Below are positions 26,633-34,394 of a stretch of 34,858 nt of DNA, in pieces; position 1 is the stretch's first letter, and every line of letters starts with the position of its first letter. Origin of the DNA: a virus (taxonomy: Duplodnaviria; Heunggongvirae; Uroviricota; Caudoviricetes); IMG/VR virus record IMGVR_UViG_3300042892_004104, one strand, 5' to 3'. Below the pieces are notes generated by a model. That model was not told the origin of the DNA, did no database searches, and saw only the letters and a list, made by a program, of their open reading frames with translations. Both the position numbers and the translations under genes were made by a program.

Positions 26633-27474
26633 AACTCAAAGTAAGTGAACTATTTTATTCAGCACAAGGCGAAGGTCGCTATGTAGGCGTTCCTTCAGTA
26701 TTTCTACGCACGTTTGGTTGCAACTTTACCTGTTCAGGATTTGGCTGCAAGCCTGGAGAAAAATCCACAGAAGCAGACAAAGTGGCCAAGAAAGTTGAAC
26801 TGTACAAGACTTTTGAAGAACTACCCTTGGTCACAACTGGCTGCGACAGCTATGCGTCATGGCACCCAGACTTCAAACATCTCAGTCCCACATACACTGC
26901 ACAAGAACTGGCAGACCGCATGACTGAACTGTTGCCCAATGGTGTGTGGCAACAGCCCAACGGCAATCCCGTGCACTTGGTAATCACTGGCGGCGAGCCC
27001 TTGCTGGGCTGGCAACGTGCTTATCCAGAACTGTTGGATATTCTAGCCGAACGTGGTCTGCGGCATATCACATTTGAAACCAATGGTACCCAAGAACTCA
27101 CTCGAGATTTCAAACAGTATCTGGCCAACTGGTTTGGTGAGATCACTTTCAGCGTCAGCCCCAAGCTGAGTGTGAGTGGCGAAGCTTGGGCAGATGCTAT
27201 ACGGCCTGATGTGGTCTGGGATTATGAATCCTACGGTGTGACCTATCTCAAGTTTGTGGTAGAAAAGCCTGCGGACTTTGACGAACTGGATCGTGCTGTG
27301 GCCGAATATCGCAGTCGTGAATTTGCAGGCCCTGTGTTTGTGATGCCTGTTGGCGGCGTGGTGTCAGTGTATAACGGCAACAGAATTAACGTGGCCGACG
27401 AAGCACTTAAACGTGGCTACTGGTACAGTCCACGATTGCATGTGGATATCTGGGGCAATGGCTGGGGAAAATAA
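26629..27474 (+). CDS. queE: 7-carboxy-7-deazaguanine synthase (radical SAM) with an expanded Cys motif
   Basis: ELFYSAQGEG..VGVPSVFLRTFGCNFTC...GCDS, VITGGEP, ETNGT, SVSPKL, SPRLHVDIWG. Confidence 0.93.
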   Translation: MKLKVSELFYSAQGEGRYVGVPSVFLRTFGCNFTCSGFGCKPGEKSTEADKVAKKVELYKTFEELPLVTTGCDSYASWHPDFKHLSPTYTAQELADRMTELLPNGVWQQPNGNPVHLVITGGEPLLGWQRAYPELLDILAERGLRHITFETNGTQELTRDFKQYLANWFGEITFSVSPKLSVSGEAWADAIRPDVVWDYESYGVTYLKFVVEKPADFDELDRAVAEYRSREFAGPVFVMPVGGVVSVYNGNRINVADEALKRGYWYSPRLHVDIWGNGWGK

Positions 27475-27891
27475 ATGTTCAACAAAATCAAAAAGTGGCT
27501 TGGCAATGACCGGCCTGCAGCAGGTGGCCTAGTGCCCCCAAAGCCTGAACCCAGGGCACCAAAAGCCAAGCCTCCGGTCAAGAGTGAGAAAGAGCTTGCA
27601 ACTGAAAAAGGCGAGCCTTATGTTGCTATCTTGCGCATGGACGTTGACCCCGAAAACTTGCACCAAGGTGCGTTTGAACTAGACTGGAACGAAATCTTTA
27701 TTGCTCGACTGGTCAAAGCTGGCTACATGATCAAAAAAGACGACACTGACACAGAAATTATGGATCGCTGGTTTCAGAACGTGTGCCGCCATGTGGTGAT
27801 GGAAACTTGGGAACAAGAGCAGGCCATAAACAAATCAGGCATCTGGGTACGCAGCACTGACATTGGCAACGGTCGCAGCGAGGTATCATAA
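27475..27891 (+). CDS. Hypothetical phage protein
   Basis: ORF abuts queE; ATEKGEPYV...FELDWN...IMDRWF. Confidence 0.7.
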   Translation: MFNKIKKWLGNDRPAAGGLVPPKPEPRAPKAKPPVKSEKELATEKGEPYVAILRMDVDPENLHQGAFELDWNEIFIARLVKAGYMIKKDDTDTEIMDRWFQNVCRHVVMETWEQEQAINKSGIWVRSTDIGNGRSEVS

Positions 27892-27893
27892 AC

Positions 27894-28076
27894 ATGTACA
27901 ACGTCGAAGAGCGCATGCAAGAATTGGCACTACCCATAGAAAAACAAATCCTAATGTGCGACAATCGCGAAGAACTGCTGATGATGGCTTGTGTTATGAT
28001 GCAACGTACTCGAGAAATTTTTGATCAAGAAATTGGTGAGGCAGGCAGAAAATTAATGTTTAAAGATTTAGTATGA
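27894..28076 (+). CDS. Small hypothetical protein
   Basis: Fills the gap; ATGA overlap with the next gene. Confidence 0.5.
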   Translation: MYNVEERMQELALPIEKQILMCDNREELLMMACVMMQRTREIFDQEIGEAGRKLMFKDLV

Positions 28077-28549
28077 TATTTAATCACATCAAACAACTCA
28101 AACAAGACGGAAAGAAAATTGGCATCACTTTCTCAACCTTTGACATGCTGCATGCTGGCCACATTGCCATGCTGTCAGAAGCCAAGAACCACTGCGATTA
28201 TTTGATATGCGGCCTGCAAACTGATCCCACAATTGACAGACCTGATACCAAAAACAAACCTATACAAAGCATTGTGGAACGACAGATACAATTGGCTGCT
28301 TGCCGTTATGTGGACGAAGTTGTGGTGTATCAAACTGAACAAGATCTCATTGACCTGTTGTTGATTCTGCCACTTGATGTGCGTGTGCTGGGTGTAGAAT
28401 ACAAGCATCAGGATTTTAGTGGTCGGTCCGAAGGTGCCCTGCGAGGAATTGAACTGGTATTCAACGGACGAGACCATAGTTTCTCCAGCAGTAGTCTACG
28501 CAAGCGTGTGGTTGCTGCCGAAAGTCACAAGGCACTGTCACACAAATGA
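28073..28549 (+). CDS. Cytidylyltransferase (TagD/RfaE2-like HxGH nucleotidyltransferase)
   Basis: FSTFDMLHAGHIAML, LICGLQTDP, YVDEVV, RDHSFSSSSLR. Confidence 0.85.
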   Translation: MIFNHIKQLKQDGKKIGITFSTFDMLHAGHIAMLSEAKNHCDYLICGLQTDPTIDRPDTKNKPIQSIVERQIQLAACRYVDEVVVYQTEQDLIDLLLILPLDVRVLGVEYKHQDFSGRSEGALRGIELVFNGRDHSFSSSSLRKRVVAAESHKALSHK

Positions 28550-29283
28550 TCTTGTACGTTAATGGTTGTAGCCATAGTGCAGCCGCTGAGGCGTTGGTCA
28601 AATACGCCTGGTCATGTGATGACGGTGATCTATGGGGAACTGGAGCTGAGCCGCATCCTGCTAACCTGGCAGTTAGTTACGGCAAAAGAATAGCAGACGC
28701 CATGGGCATGGACTTGATATGTCAGGCCAGTTCGGGCGGCAGCAACGATCGTGTTATTAGAACCACCACAGAATGGATCAATCACAATCAAGAACAATTG
28801 GCAAATACGTTTGTAATTTTGCAATGGACCACTTGGGAACGAGAAGAATGGTTGCATAATGGCACATGGTATCAAGTAAATGCTAGCGGAATAGACACTG
28901 TGCCATCTGAACTACAAGAACGCTACAAAAACTATGTGGTAAATGTAGATTGGCCCAGTAAAACTCTTGATGCACATGATAAAATTTGGGCAATGCATTT
29001 GTACCTCAAACAGCTAGGCGTGCGACATTTGTTCTTTAGTGGCCACAGTACATTTAGTGATATCCAGGATCAACTCGACTGGGGCAAATACTACATGTAT
29101 CCGTATGTTCGGGAAGAATCCTATCATAATTGGCTAATAAACAACGGTGGCACCTATGCCAATGCCAAAAGTTATCATTTTGATGCCAAAAGTCATAGAC
29201 TTTGGGCTGAACGTGTGCTACAATACATTAAAGATAACCAACTACTAGGCACCAATGAAATACCTGCTAATCGACACGTCTAA
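28546..29283 (+). CDS. SGNH-like (DUF6071-like) protein
   Basis: YVNGCSHS, ASSGGSNDRVIR, WTTWEREE, YHF...SH..WA. Confidence 0.6.
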   Translation: MILYVNGCSHSAAAEALVKYAWSCDDGDLWGTGAEPHPANLAVSYGKRIADAMGMDLICQASSGGSNDRVIRTTTEWINHNQEQLANTFVILQWTTWEREEWLHNGTWYQVNASGIDTVPSELQERYKNYVVNVDWPSKTLDAHDKIWAMHLYLKQLGVRHLFFSGHSTFSDIQDQLDWGKYYMYPYVREESYHNWLINNGGTYANAKSYHFDAKSHRLWAERVLQYIKDNQLLGTNEIPANRHV

Positions 29284-30289
29284 CATGTTCTTTCGTGCCA
29301 GGCATCAAGCACATCGTGCCAGTGACACATGGACCAAGCTGGGTTTTGCCCTGCACCTGACTTTTATGAGTGCCAACAAGGTTGCTCGTGATCTTGGAGC
29401 AGACCACGTGGTGTTTGCACTGGAAGGTCGCTCGTGGCGCAAAGACGTGTACAAACCCTACAAGGCCAACCGTGCTGTGGCACGTGGTGCCATGACTGAG
29501 ACTGAATCCGAAGAAGACAAGATGTTTTGGGAGACTTATGATTTGATGACCCAGTATCTCTCAGCCAAGACCAATTGCAGTGTGATACGCTGTGCCACTG
29601 CCGAAGCAGACGATGTGATTGCTCGCTGGATCGCACTGCATCCACAAGACGAACATGTGATTGTGAGTTCAGACTCAGATTTTGTGCAAATGATTGCACC
29701 CAATGTCAAACTCTACAACGGCATCAATGAACACTTGTTTGCTGTGGACGGTGTCACAGACAATCGTGGTCGCCGCCTGGCATTCACTGTTGAAAGCAAC
29801 AGTAAAATCAAAGTAGGCAAGCCTGACCCCAAGTTTGAAATACCTGCAGACTATCAGCATTGGGCATTGTTCATGAAATGTATGCGTGGCGACCCAGGTG
29901 ACAATGTGTTTTCGGCCTATCCTGGTGTGCGAGTAAAAGGCACCAAGAATCAGGTGGGCTTGACTGAAGCTTTCAAAGACCGTGATCGCCGTGGTTATGC
30001 CTGGAACAATCTCATGCTTCAGAGATGGTCTGACCACGAGCAAGCAGAACACCGAGTGCTAGACGACTACGAACGCAACCGTACCTTGATCGATCTCACA
30101 GCACAGCCCGATGATGTCAAGGCCGCGGTAGATGCTGCCATTCGCGAACAAGTCAGTCACAAAGATGTGGGCATGGTAGGTGCACACTTTTTGAAATTCT
30201 GTGGCAAGTACGATCTTGTCAAACTCAGCGACCATGCAGATGCCATGGGTCGTTGGCTGAACACAACATACCAAGGAGTATTAAAATGA
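29255..30289 (+). CDS. rnh: 5'-3' exonuclease / T4 RNase H-like FEN nuclease
   Basis: LLIDTSN, ALEGRSWRK..Y..YKANR, EADDVI, SSDSDF, GDPGDNV. Confidence 0.9.
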   Translation: MKYLLIDTSNMFFRARHQAHRASDTWTKLGFALHLTFMSANKVARDLGADHVVFALEGRSWRKDVYKPYKANRAVARGAMTETESEEDKMFWETYDLMTQYLSAKTNCSVIRCATAEADDVIARWIALHPQDEHVIVSSDSDFVQMIAPNVKLYNGINEHLFAVDGVTDNRGRRLAFTVESNSKIKVGKPDPKFEIPADYQHWALFMKCMRGDPGDNVFSAYPGVRVKGTKNQVGLTEAFKDRDRRGYAWNNLMLQRWSDHEQAEHRVLDDYERNRTLIDLTAQPDDVKAAVDAAIREQVSHKDVGMVGAHFLKFCGKYDLVKLSDHADAMGRWLNTTYQGVLK

Positions 30290-30729
30290 TCGAAGCAAAA
30301 CCAGTTATTCCCGACAGATACTGGATCCTCAAACAGGACAACCGCAAGGTTGGGCAAATCGAAGCAGATGAATCTGGAGTCACTGTAAAGATACAGAACC
30401 GTGTGGCCGGCTACAAAACCATCCGGATGGCTGGTCGCGAGGCCAATATTGAATTTACCAAGTTATCCAGTGTCAAGCCAGTCACCAACCAGGTGCATGG
30501 GTTTGAAGTCACCGGACGTGTGTACAATCCTGTATGGGATGTGAAACACCGATTGCCGTTGTTCACCCGCGACACCAAAAGCAAAAGCTGGTATGCTGCT
30601 GGATGGTACCGAGTCAAACAACATCGTGACTGGAAGACTGTGCAGAATCCCAAGTTGATTGCACTACAACGATATGACTATCAAGGCCCTTTTCACACCA
30701 AGGAACAAGCAAATGACAAATCCGTTTAG
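30286..30729 (+). CDS. Hypothetical protein
   Basis: SD AAGGAG; ATGA overlap with the rnh stop. Confidence 0.65.
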   Translation: MIEAKPVIPDRYWILKQDNRKVGQIEADESGVTVKIQNRVAGYKTIRMAGREANIEFTKLSSVKPVTNQVHGFEVTGRVYNPVWDVKHRLPLFTRDTKSKSWYAAGWYRVKQHRDWKTVQNPKLIALQRYDYQGPFHTKEQANDKSV

Positions 30730-31081
30730 AGATCAAGAGAAATTTATGCGAGCATGTGATCAGAAAACTGATGCGTATGCAATTTCTCAGTACAAGATGT
30801 ATCTGAATCTAATTGACGAAGAACATGCTGAACTCAAACAAGCAGTGGCAGACGACGACATGACTGAACAGTTGGACGCCTTGATTGACATCCTGGTGGT
30901 CACCATTGGTGCTATACATAGTGCTGGATTCAACGGCGAAGGTGCCTGGAAAGAAGTTATGAACACAAACTTTGCCAAGATTGATCGAGACACCGGCAAG
31001 GTGCGCAAGCGTGAAGATGGCAAGGTACTCAAGCCCATGGGCTGGAAAGCACCTGAGCTTACGCCGTTCTTGAAGAAATAA
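30713..31081 (+). CDS. All-alpha NTP pyrophosphohydrolase (MazG/DR2231-like, possible dUTPase)
   Basis: IDEEHAEL...EQLDALIDIL (EExxE...ExxD), NFAKI, REDGKVLKP..W. Confidence 0.8.
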   Translation: MTNPFRDQEKFMRACDQKTDAYAISQYKMYLNLIDEEHAELKQAVADDDMTEQLDALIDILVVTIGAIHSAGFNGEGAWKEVMNTNFAKIDRDTGKVRKREDGKVLKPMGWKAPELTPFLKK

Positions 31082-31106
31082 TATACAGACTCAACGGAGA
31101 AATACC

Positions 31107-31247
31107 ATGCGACTAATCAATGATGAATACGACGATTGCTGGGTCTGGGTCGAAGATCACAATGAAGATCTAGAACTCAGTCCGCATTTTGACTACGAAG
31201 AAGACGCAATTCAATGGCGTGATCAAATGCAACAGGAGATCAAATAA
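31107..31247 (+). CDS. 46-aa acidic hypothetical protein (not in the ORF track)
   Basis: MRLINDEYDDCWVWVEDH...; SD GGAG; stop overlaps the next start. Confidence 0.55.
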   Translation: MRLINDEYDDCWVWVEDHNEDLELSPHFDYEEDAIQWRDQMQQEIK

Positions 31248-31465
31248 TGAGTTTACACATCAATCGCTTTGTTGACAGCATCAAAGCACACGAAAGTCGT
31301 GGTCAAAAAGACTTTGTCATGAGCATGCGAGACGCCAAGGACTTGCACAGCGACATTACCAAGTTGTTGTTGACGCTGGAACAGTTGCATAACAAAGCAC
31401 CTGGTGCCCAAAAAGACGAAGTAATTACCGTAGAACTCACTGGTGGTGGTTTTAAAAGTACATAG
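31247..31465 (+). CDS. Hypothetical protein
   Basis: TAATG overlap with the previous ORF. Confidence 0.65.
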   Translation: MSLHINRFVDSIKAHESRGQKDFVMSMRDAKDLHSDITKLLLTLEQLHNKAPGAQKDEVITVELTGGGFKST

Positions 31466-31473
31466 TTTATGTG

Positions 31474-31480
31474 ATAAATA
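31474..31480 (+). promoter_or_regulatory. Late-promoter motif ATAAATA
   Basis: 5 nt before ATG 31486; no SD. Confidence 0.55.
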
Positions 31481-31485
31481 AATGT

Positions 31486-31782
31486 ATGAGTAGACCCAAA
31501 CCTCAAGTGTTGATTGAGAACACAAACAAGAAGACTTACAAAACTGAGCAGGTGCTGGCCAGCGAAGGCGTATGGGCAGTGTTTTATGAGTCAAAGCCTA
31601 TCAATTTAAAAACTTCAAACATGCTGACTCAGTATCCTGGACCCAAGTACAAAAAAGTATCTTTTTCAAATCCAGGACATGCTATCAATCTAGCTCGCAA
31701 ACTCAACACACAATTCAAAACAGACAAGTTCTCTGTGGTGGTGTTGACACAGGGAACCCAAGTGTTCCCCAATGCTGTCTAA
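31486..31782 (+). CDS. Hypothetical protein (MSRPKP...)
   Basis: Follows the late-promoter motif. Confidence 0.7.
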   Translation: MSRPKPQVLIENTNKKTYKTEQVLASEGVWAVFYESKPINLKTSNMLTQYPGPKYKKVSFSNPGHAINLARKLNTQFKTDKFSVVVLTQGTQVFPNAV

Positions 31783-32137
31783 ACTAGATTATACCAGGCA
31801 CATGCTGTCGCTGTTGCCCAGCGATCACGGTTTGAGTTTGGAAATAGCTTTAAAAGATTGGTGGCAAGATATTCGTCCCGACGGCGGCCTACGTTTGAGT
31901 TGCGAAGGATATCAAGTGTTCAAACAGCTGGGTATCGAAAGCTACGAATTTGATGTTCCTGTAGGTACACCAGCTAACCCGGGGCAGTTGGTTGCACTGA
32001 ACAAACACTTGACTCATCCATACTTTATACAACTAGGCAAAAAGCCTCGCTTGGTATTTTTTGATGGTCGAGAAGCCAGTGCGTTTGCACTGTATGGGGA
32101 CATTGTTAAATTTACCCGGGGCCTAAATAGAGGTTGA
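31772..32137 (+). CDS. Hypothetical protein
   Basis: Overlaps the upstream gene; WWQDIR..GGLRL motif. Confidence 0.65.
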   Translation: MLSKLDYTRHMLSLLPSDHGLSLEIALKDWWQDIRPDGGLRLSCEGYQVFKQLGIESYEFDVPVGTPANPGQLVALNKHLTHPYFIQLGKKPRLVFFDGREASAFALYGDIVKFTRGLNRG

Positions 32138-32162
32138 CCAAAAACCCCAGATCGCTTATACT
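32134..32162 (+). promoter_or_regulatory. Early sigma70 promoter, repeat copy 1
   Basis: TTGACC-17 nt-TATACT; near-identical to 32458-32486. Confidence 0.8.
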
Positions 32163-32203
32163 GTAATTGTAGTAGTTAGTGACCCAAGTGAAAGGAGCTC
32201 AAA

Positions 32204-32392
32204 ATGGCAGAAGTCAAACTTTCCACACTGTACAAAGTCACAGTGACAGAATACGACTGTGGTGTGCAACGAGTTGACCCCGACGACATCCGGTATTTTA
32301 CCACCCTGGAAGAAGCAGAAGCCTACAAATATCGCCAAGATTGTGGCGGCCCAGAATGCTACTGGCGTGCTAGCATTGAAAAAGTTGCATAA
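32204..32392 (+). CDS. Small early hypothetical protein
   Basis: SD AAGGAG downstream of the promoter. Confidence 0.7.
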   Translation: MAEVKLSTLYKVTVTEYDCGVQRVDPDDIRYFTTLEEAEAYKYRQDCGGPECYWRASIEKVA

Positions 32393-32457
32393 AAACAACA
32401 CTTTTTAACCCCAAAAAGTAGTAATTTTGTAGTAATACTTTTCATGTGCAAAAACGG

Positions 32458-32486
32458 TTGACCAAAAACGCAAGATCGGTTATAAT
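32458..32486 (+). promoter_or_regulatory. Early sigma70 promoter, repeat copy 2
   Basis: TTGACC-17 nt-TATAAT, 6 nt before ATG 32493. Confidence 0.85.
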
Positions 32487-32492
32487 ATACAC

Positions 32493-32831
32493 ATGAACAC
32501 AAAAACACTAGCCCGTAAAAAGCGCACCGATCGTACTCATGTGATCTACATGATTGAGTCTGGCGCTGATTTTTACATTGGTGTTACTGCCAAGACCGAA
32601 AGCACTGTGAAGAAATCAGTGATCACTCGTTGCCGCAAGCACTTTTATCGCATGCGTTCTGAAGACAAGAGCTGGATGCTGTACGAGACCATGCGAGCTC
32701 GTGGCGTTGGCAAATTCACTGTGCGTGTGATGGCTGTGGTGCGCGGCAAGACCGAAGCCCACAACCTGGAGCGTGGTTTGATCCGCGATATGAAACCCAA
32801 CCTGAACACAGATGTTCGTGGTGTTGCATAA
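32493..32831 (+). CDS. Stand-alone GIY-YIG-family nuclease domain
   Basis: HVIYMI...FYIGVT, R...H, EAHNLE...I...KPNLN. Confidence 0.7.
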   Translation: MNTKTLARKKRTDRTHVIYMIESGADFYIGVTAKTESTVKKSVITRCRKHFYRMRSEDKSWMLYETMRARGVGKFTVRVMAVVRGKTEAHNLERGLIRDMKPNLNTDVRGVA

Positions 32832-32840
32832 GGAGTTGAA

Positions 32841-33050
32841 ATGACAAAATTCGTACACATTGTTTATGTCCACCCCGTAGAACTGGGTGAACCTAACTTG
32901 ACAAAGGTCAAGGAAGAAAAAGAGTTTGAATCACATTTTAATGCACTGACTTGGGTAGACATTCGTAACGGTCGAGCAAAGCAAAAAGGTGAAGAGTTGC
33001 AGGCAGTCTACTACGGCTGTGTCAACGATGCTACAGGAGAATTGATATGA
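32841..33050 (+). CDS. Small hypothetical protein
   Basis: SD AAGGAG. Confidence 0.65.
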   Translation: MTKFVHIVYVHPVELGEPNLTKVKEEKEFESHFNALTWVDIRNGRAKQKGEELQAVYYGCVNDATGELI

Positions 33051-33181
33051 GTATACTTAGAGGGGGCAAGACAGGTGCTGAGCCCGGACTCTTGCAGGAT
33101 GATTCAAGAGCGTTGAGCCGCTGGTTTGCCAGCAGAATAGATGCTCGTTGGACACTCCGTAGGGTCTTGACAGATTTGTAA
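33047..33181 (+). CDS. 44-aa hypothetical protein (not in the ORF track)
   Basis: MSILRGGKTGAEPGLLQDDSRALSRWF...; SD AGGAG; ATGA overlap. Confidence 0.55.
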   Translation: MSILRGGKTGAEPGLLQDDSRALSRWFASRIDARWTLRRVLTDL

Positions 33182-33195
33182 AACCGTGTTATAAT
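33167..33195 (+). promoter_or_regulatory. Perfect-consensus sigma70 promoter
   Basis: TTGACA-17 nt-TATAAT. Confidence 0.85.
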
Positions 33196-33220
33196 ACATT
33201 CATTGCAACAAGGAATCATC

Positions 33221-33439
33221 ATGAAACAAATTACCACCATCGTCGGCACAATTATGTTTGGTATTGCGGGTCTACTGCTGCTGAGCTTTTTGCTGAGTTT
33301 GCCTGTGTATCTGCTGTGGAACGGTTGCTTGGTTGGCGCTGTTGCGGGAGTTAGTGAAGTGTCCTGGTTGCAGGCCTGGGGGCTGACTGTGTTGTGTGGC
33401 TTCTTGTTTAAATCTTCCACACATACCCCAAGCAAATAA
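33221..33439 (+). CDS. Small membrane protein
   Basis: Hydrophobic segments; SD AAGGA. Confidence 0.65.
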   Translation: MKQITTIVGTIMFGIAGLLLLSFLLSLPVYLLWNGCLVGAVAGVSEVSWLQAWGLTVLCGFLFKSSTHTPSK

Positions 33440-33454
33440 TCAAAAGGAATCAAC

Positions 33455-33628
33455 ATGGCTGGCAAAGCAAAATCAATCTATCTCACAGTCTTGCCCAAGG
33501 GCAAGCACCTGAGCGTGTTTAAAAAAGTGTTTTTTGAAGCCAAGAGCTACAATGAATACGTCAGAACAGATGAGTTCAAGGCACAATGGCCTGCTGATCA
33601 GTTTGACATTGTAAAAGAAACTTACTGA
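33455..33628 (+). CDS. 57-aa hypothetical protein (not in the ORF track)
   Basis: MAGKAKSIYLTV...; SD AAGGA. Confidence 0.6.
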   Translation: MAGKAKSIYLTVLPKGKHLSVFKKVFFEAKSYNEYVRTDEFKAQWPADQFDIVKETY

Positions 33629-33759
33629 TGTATATTGCCAACCACAACAACACCATACAGCTACCCTGGGAGCCAGGTCTGTTGGAATGGTTGCAGGAGA
33701 CTTATCCTTACTCCGGGTACAAGATTGTGACAAGGTCTTTGTCACAATGTGTCTGCTGA
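33628..33759 (+). CDS. 43-aa hypothetical protein (not in the ORF track)
   Basis: TGATG overlap; MYIANHNNTIQLPWEPGLLEWL... Confidence 0.45.
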   Translation: MYIANHNNTIQLPWEPGLLEWLQETYPYSGYKIVTRSLSQCVC

Positions 33760-33784
33760 AAAAACTACTGATAAGTAACACACT

Positions 33785-34198
33785 ATGGAATTTTTACCTG
33801 TACTAGAACTCATTGATCGACTGTGCATTGCCCGGATCAAATTTGAAAGAACCAAGGGCGGCAATCAAGCCGAACTGTCTTGGTATGAACAACGTTATCA
33901 GCAACTGATTGGCACTCTAACTCAGGGCCAACGAGCTGTGCTGGATCACAACATTGCAGAAATCACTGTGATACACAATCGTATCTGGGATCTGGAATGG
34001 CAGTTGAAATCTGGCGTAGAGCACCTGTTGCCCATGGACGAGATTGGCCGGCGAGCCATTGCCATCCGCGACTGGAACAACAAACGCATTACCTACAAGA
34101 ATTCGATTGCTGCCTTGTTTGACCTGGATCTGAGAGAAATCAAAACTGATCATTTAAGTGACTCTGAACAGTTGTTTAAAACTGTTGACACTAAATAA
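33785..34198 (+). CDS. Hypothetical helical protein
   Basis: ATAAGTA late-like motif 7 nt upstream; ELIDRL.I..IK...WDLE pattern. Confidence 0.7.
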   Translation: MEFLPVLELIDRLCIARIKFERTKGGNQAELSWYEQRYQQLIGTLTQGQRAVLDHNIAEITVIHNRIWDLEWQLKSGVEHLLPMDEIGRRAIAIRDWNNKRITYKNSIAALFDLDLREIKTDHLSDSEQLFKTVDTK

Positions 34199-34213
34199 TT
34201 TTCCTGTTAGAAT
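34185..34213 (+). promoter_or_regulatory. sigma70 promoter for the tRNA pair, with an overlapping CTAAATA
   Basis: TTGACA-17 nt-TAGAAT. Confidence 0.75.
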
Positions 34214-34221
34214 ATAATTTA

Positions 34222-34298
34222 GGGACCTTAGCTCATTAGGTTAGAGCAGCAGACTCATAATCTGTTGGTGGAGTGTTCGAATCACTCAGGTCCTACCA
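34222..34298 (+). tRNA. tRNA with CAU anticodon, most like tRNA-Ile2 (lysidine type); elongator Met not excluded
   Basis: Acceptor GGGACCT/AGGTCCT, anticodon arm GCAGA-CTCATAA-TCTGT, T loop TTCGAAT, encoded CCA. Confidence 0.9.
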
Positions 34299-34303
34299 AA
34301 CAT

Positions 34304-34378
34304 CTGGCGTTCGTATAATGGATAATACAGGGGATTTCTACTCCCCTAATAGCAGTTCGATTCTGTTACGCCGGACCA
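34304..34378 (+). tRNA. tRNA-Arg(UCU)
   Basis: Acceptor CTGGCGT/ACGCCGG, anticodon arm GGGGA-TTTCTAC-TCCCC, T loop TTCGATT, encoded CCA. Confidence 0.9.
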
Positions 34379-34394
34379 GAATATAAGTAATGGT

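Noticed and set aside
168-30328. Presence of GAATTC, GGATCC and GATC sites as evidence of protective modification
   Set aside because: A few sites seen by eye prove nothing; a Markov-corrected palindrome count over the whole genome is needed.
34299-34394. tRNA-associated HDV-like (theta) ribozyme
   Set aside because: The spacers are only 5 nt and about 16 nt, leaving no room for the fold.
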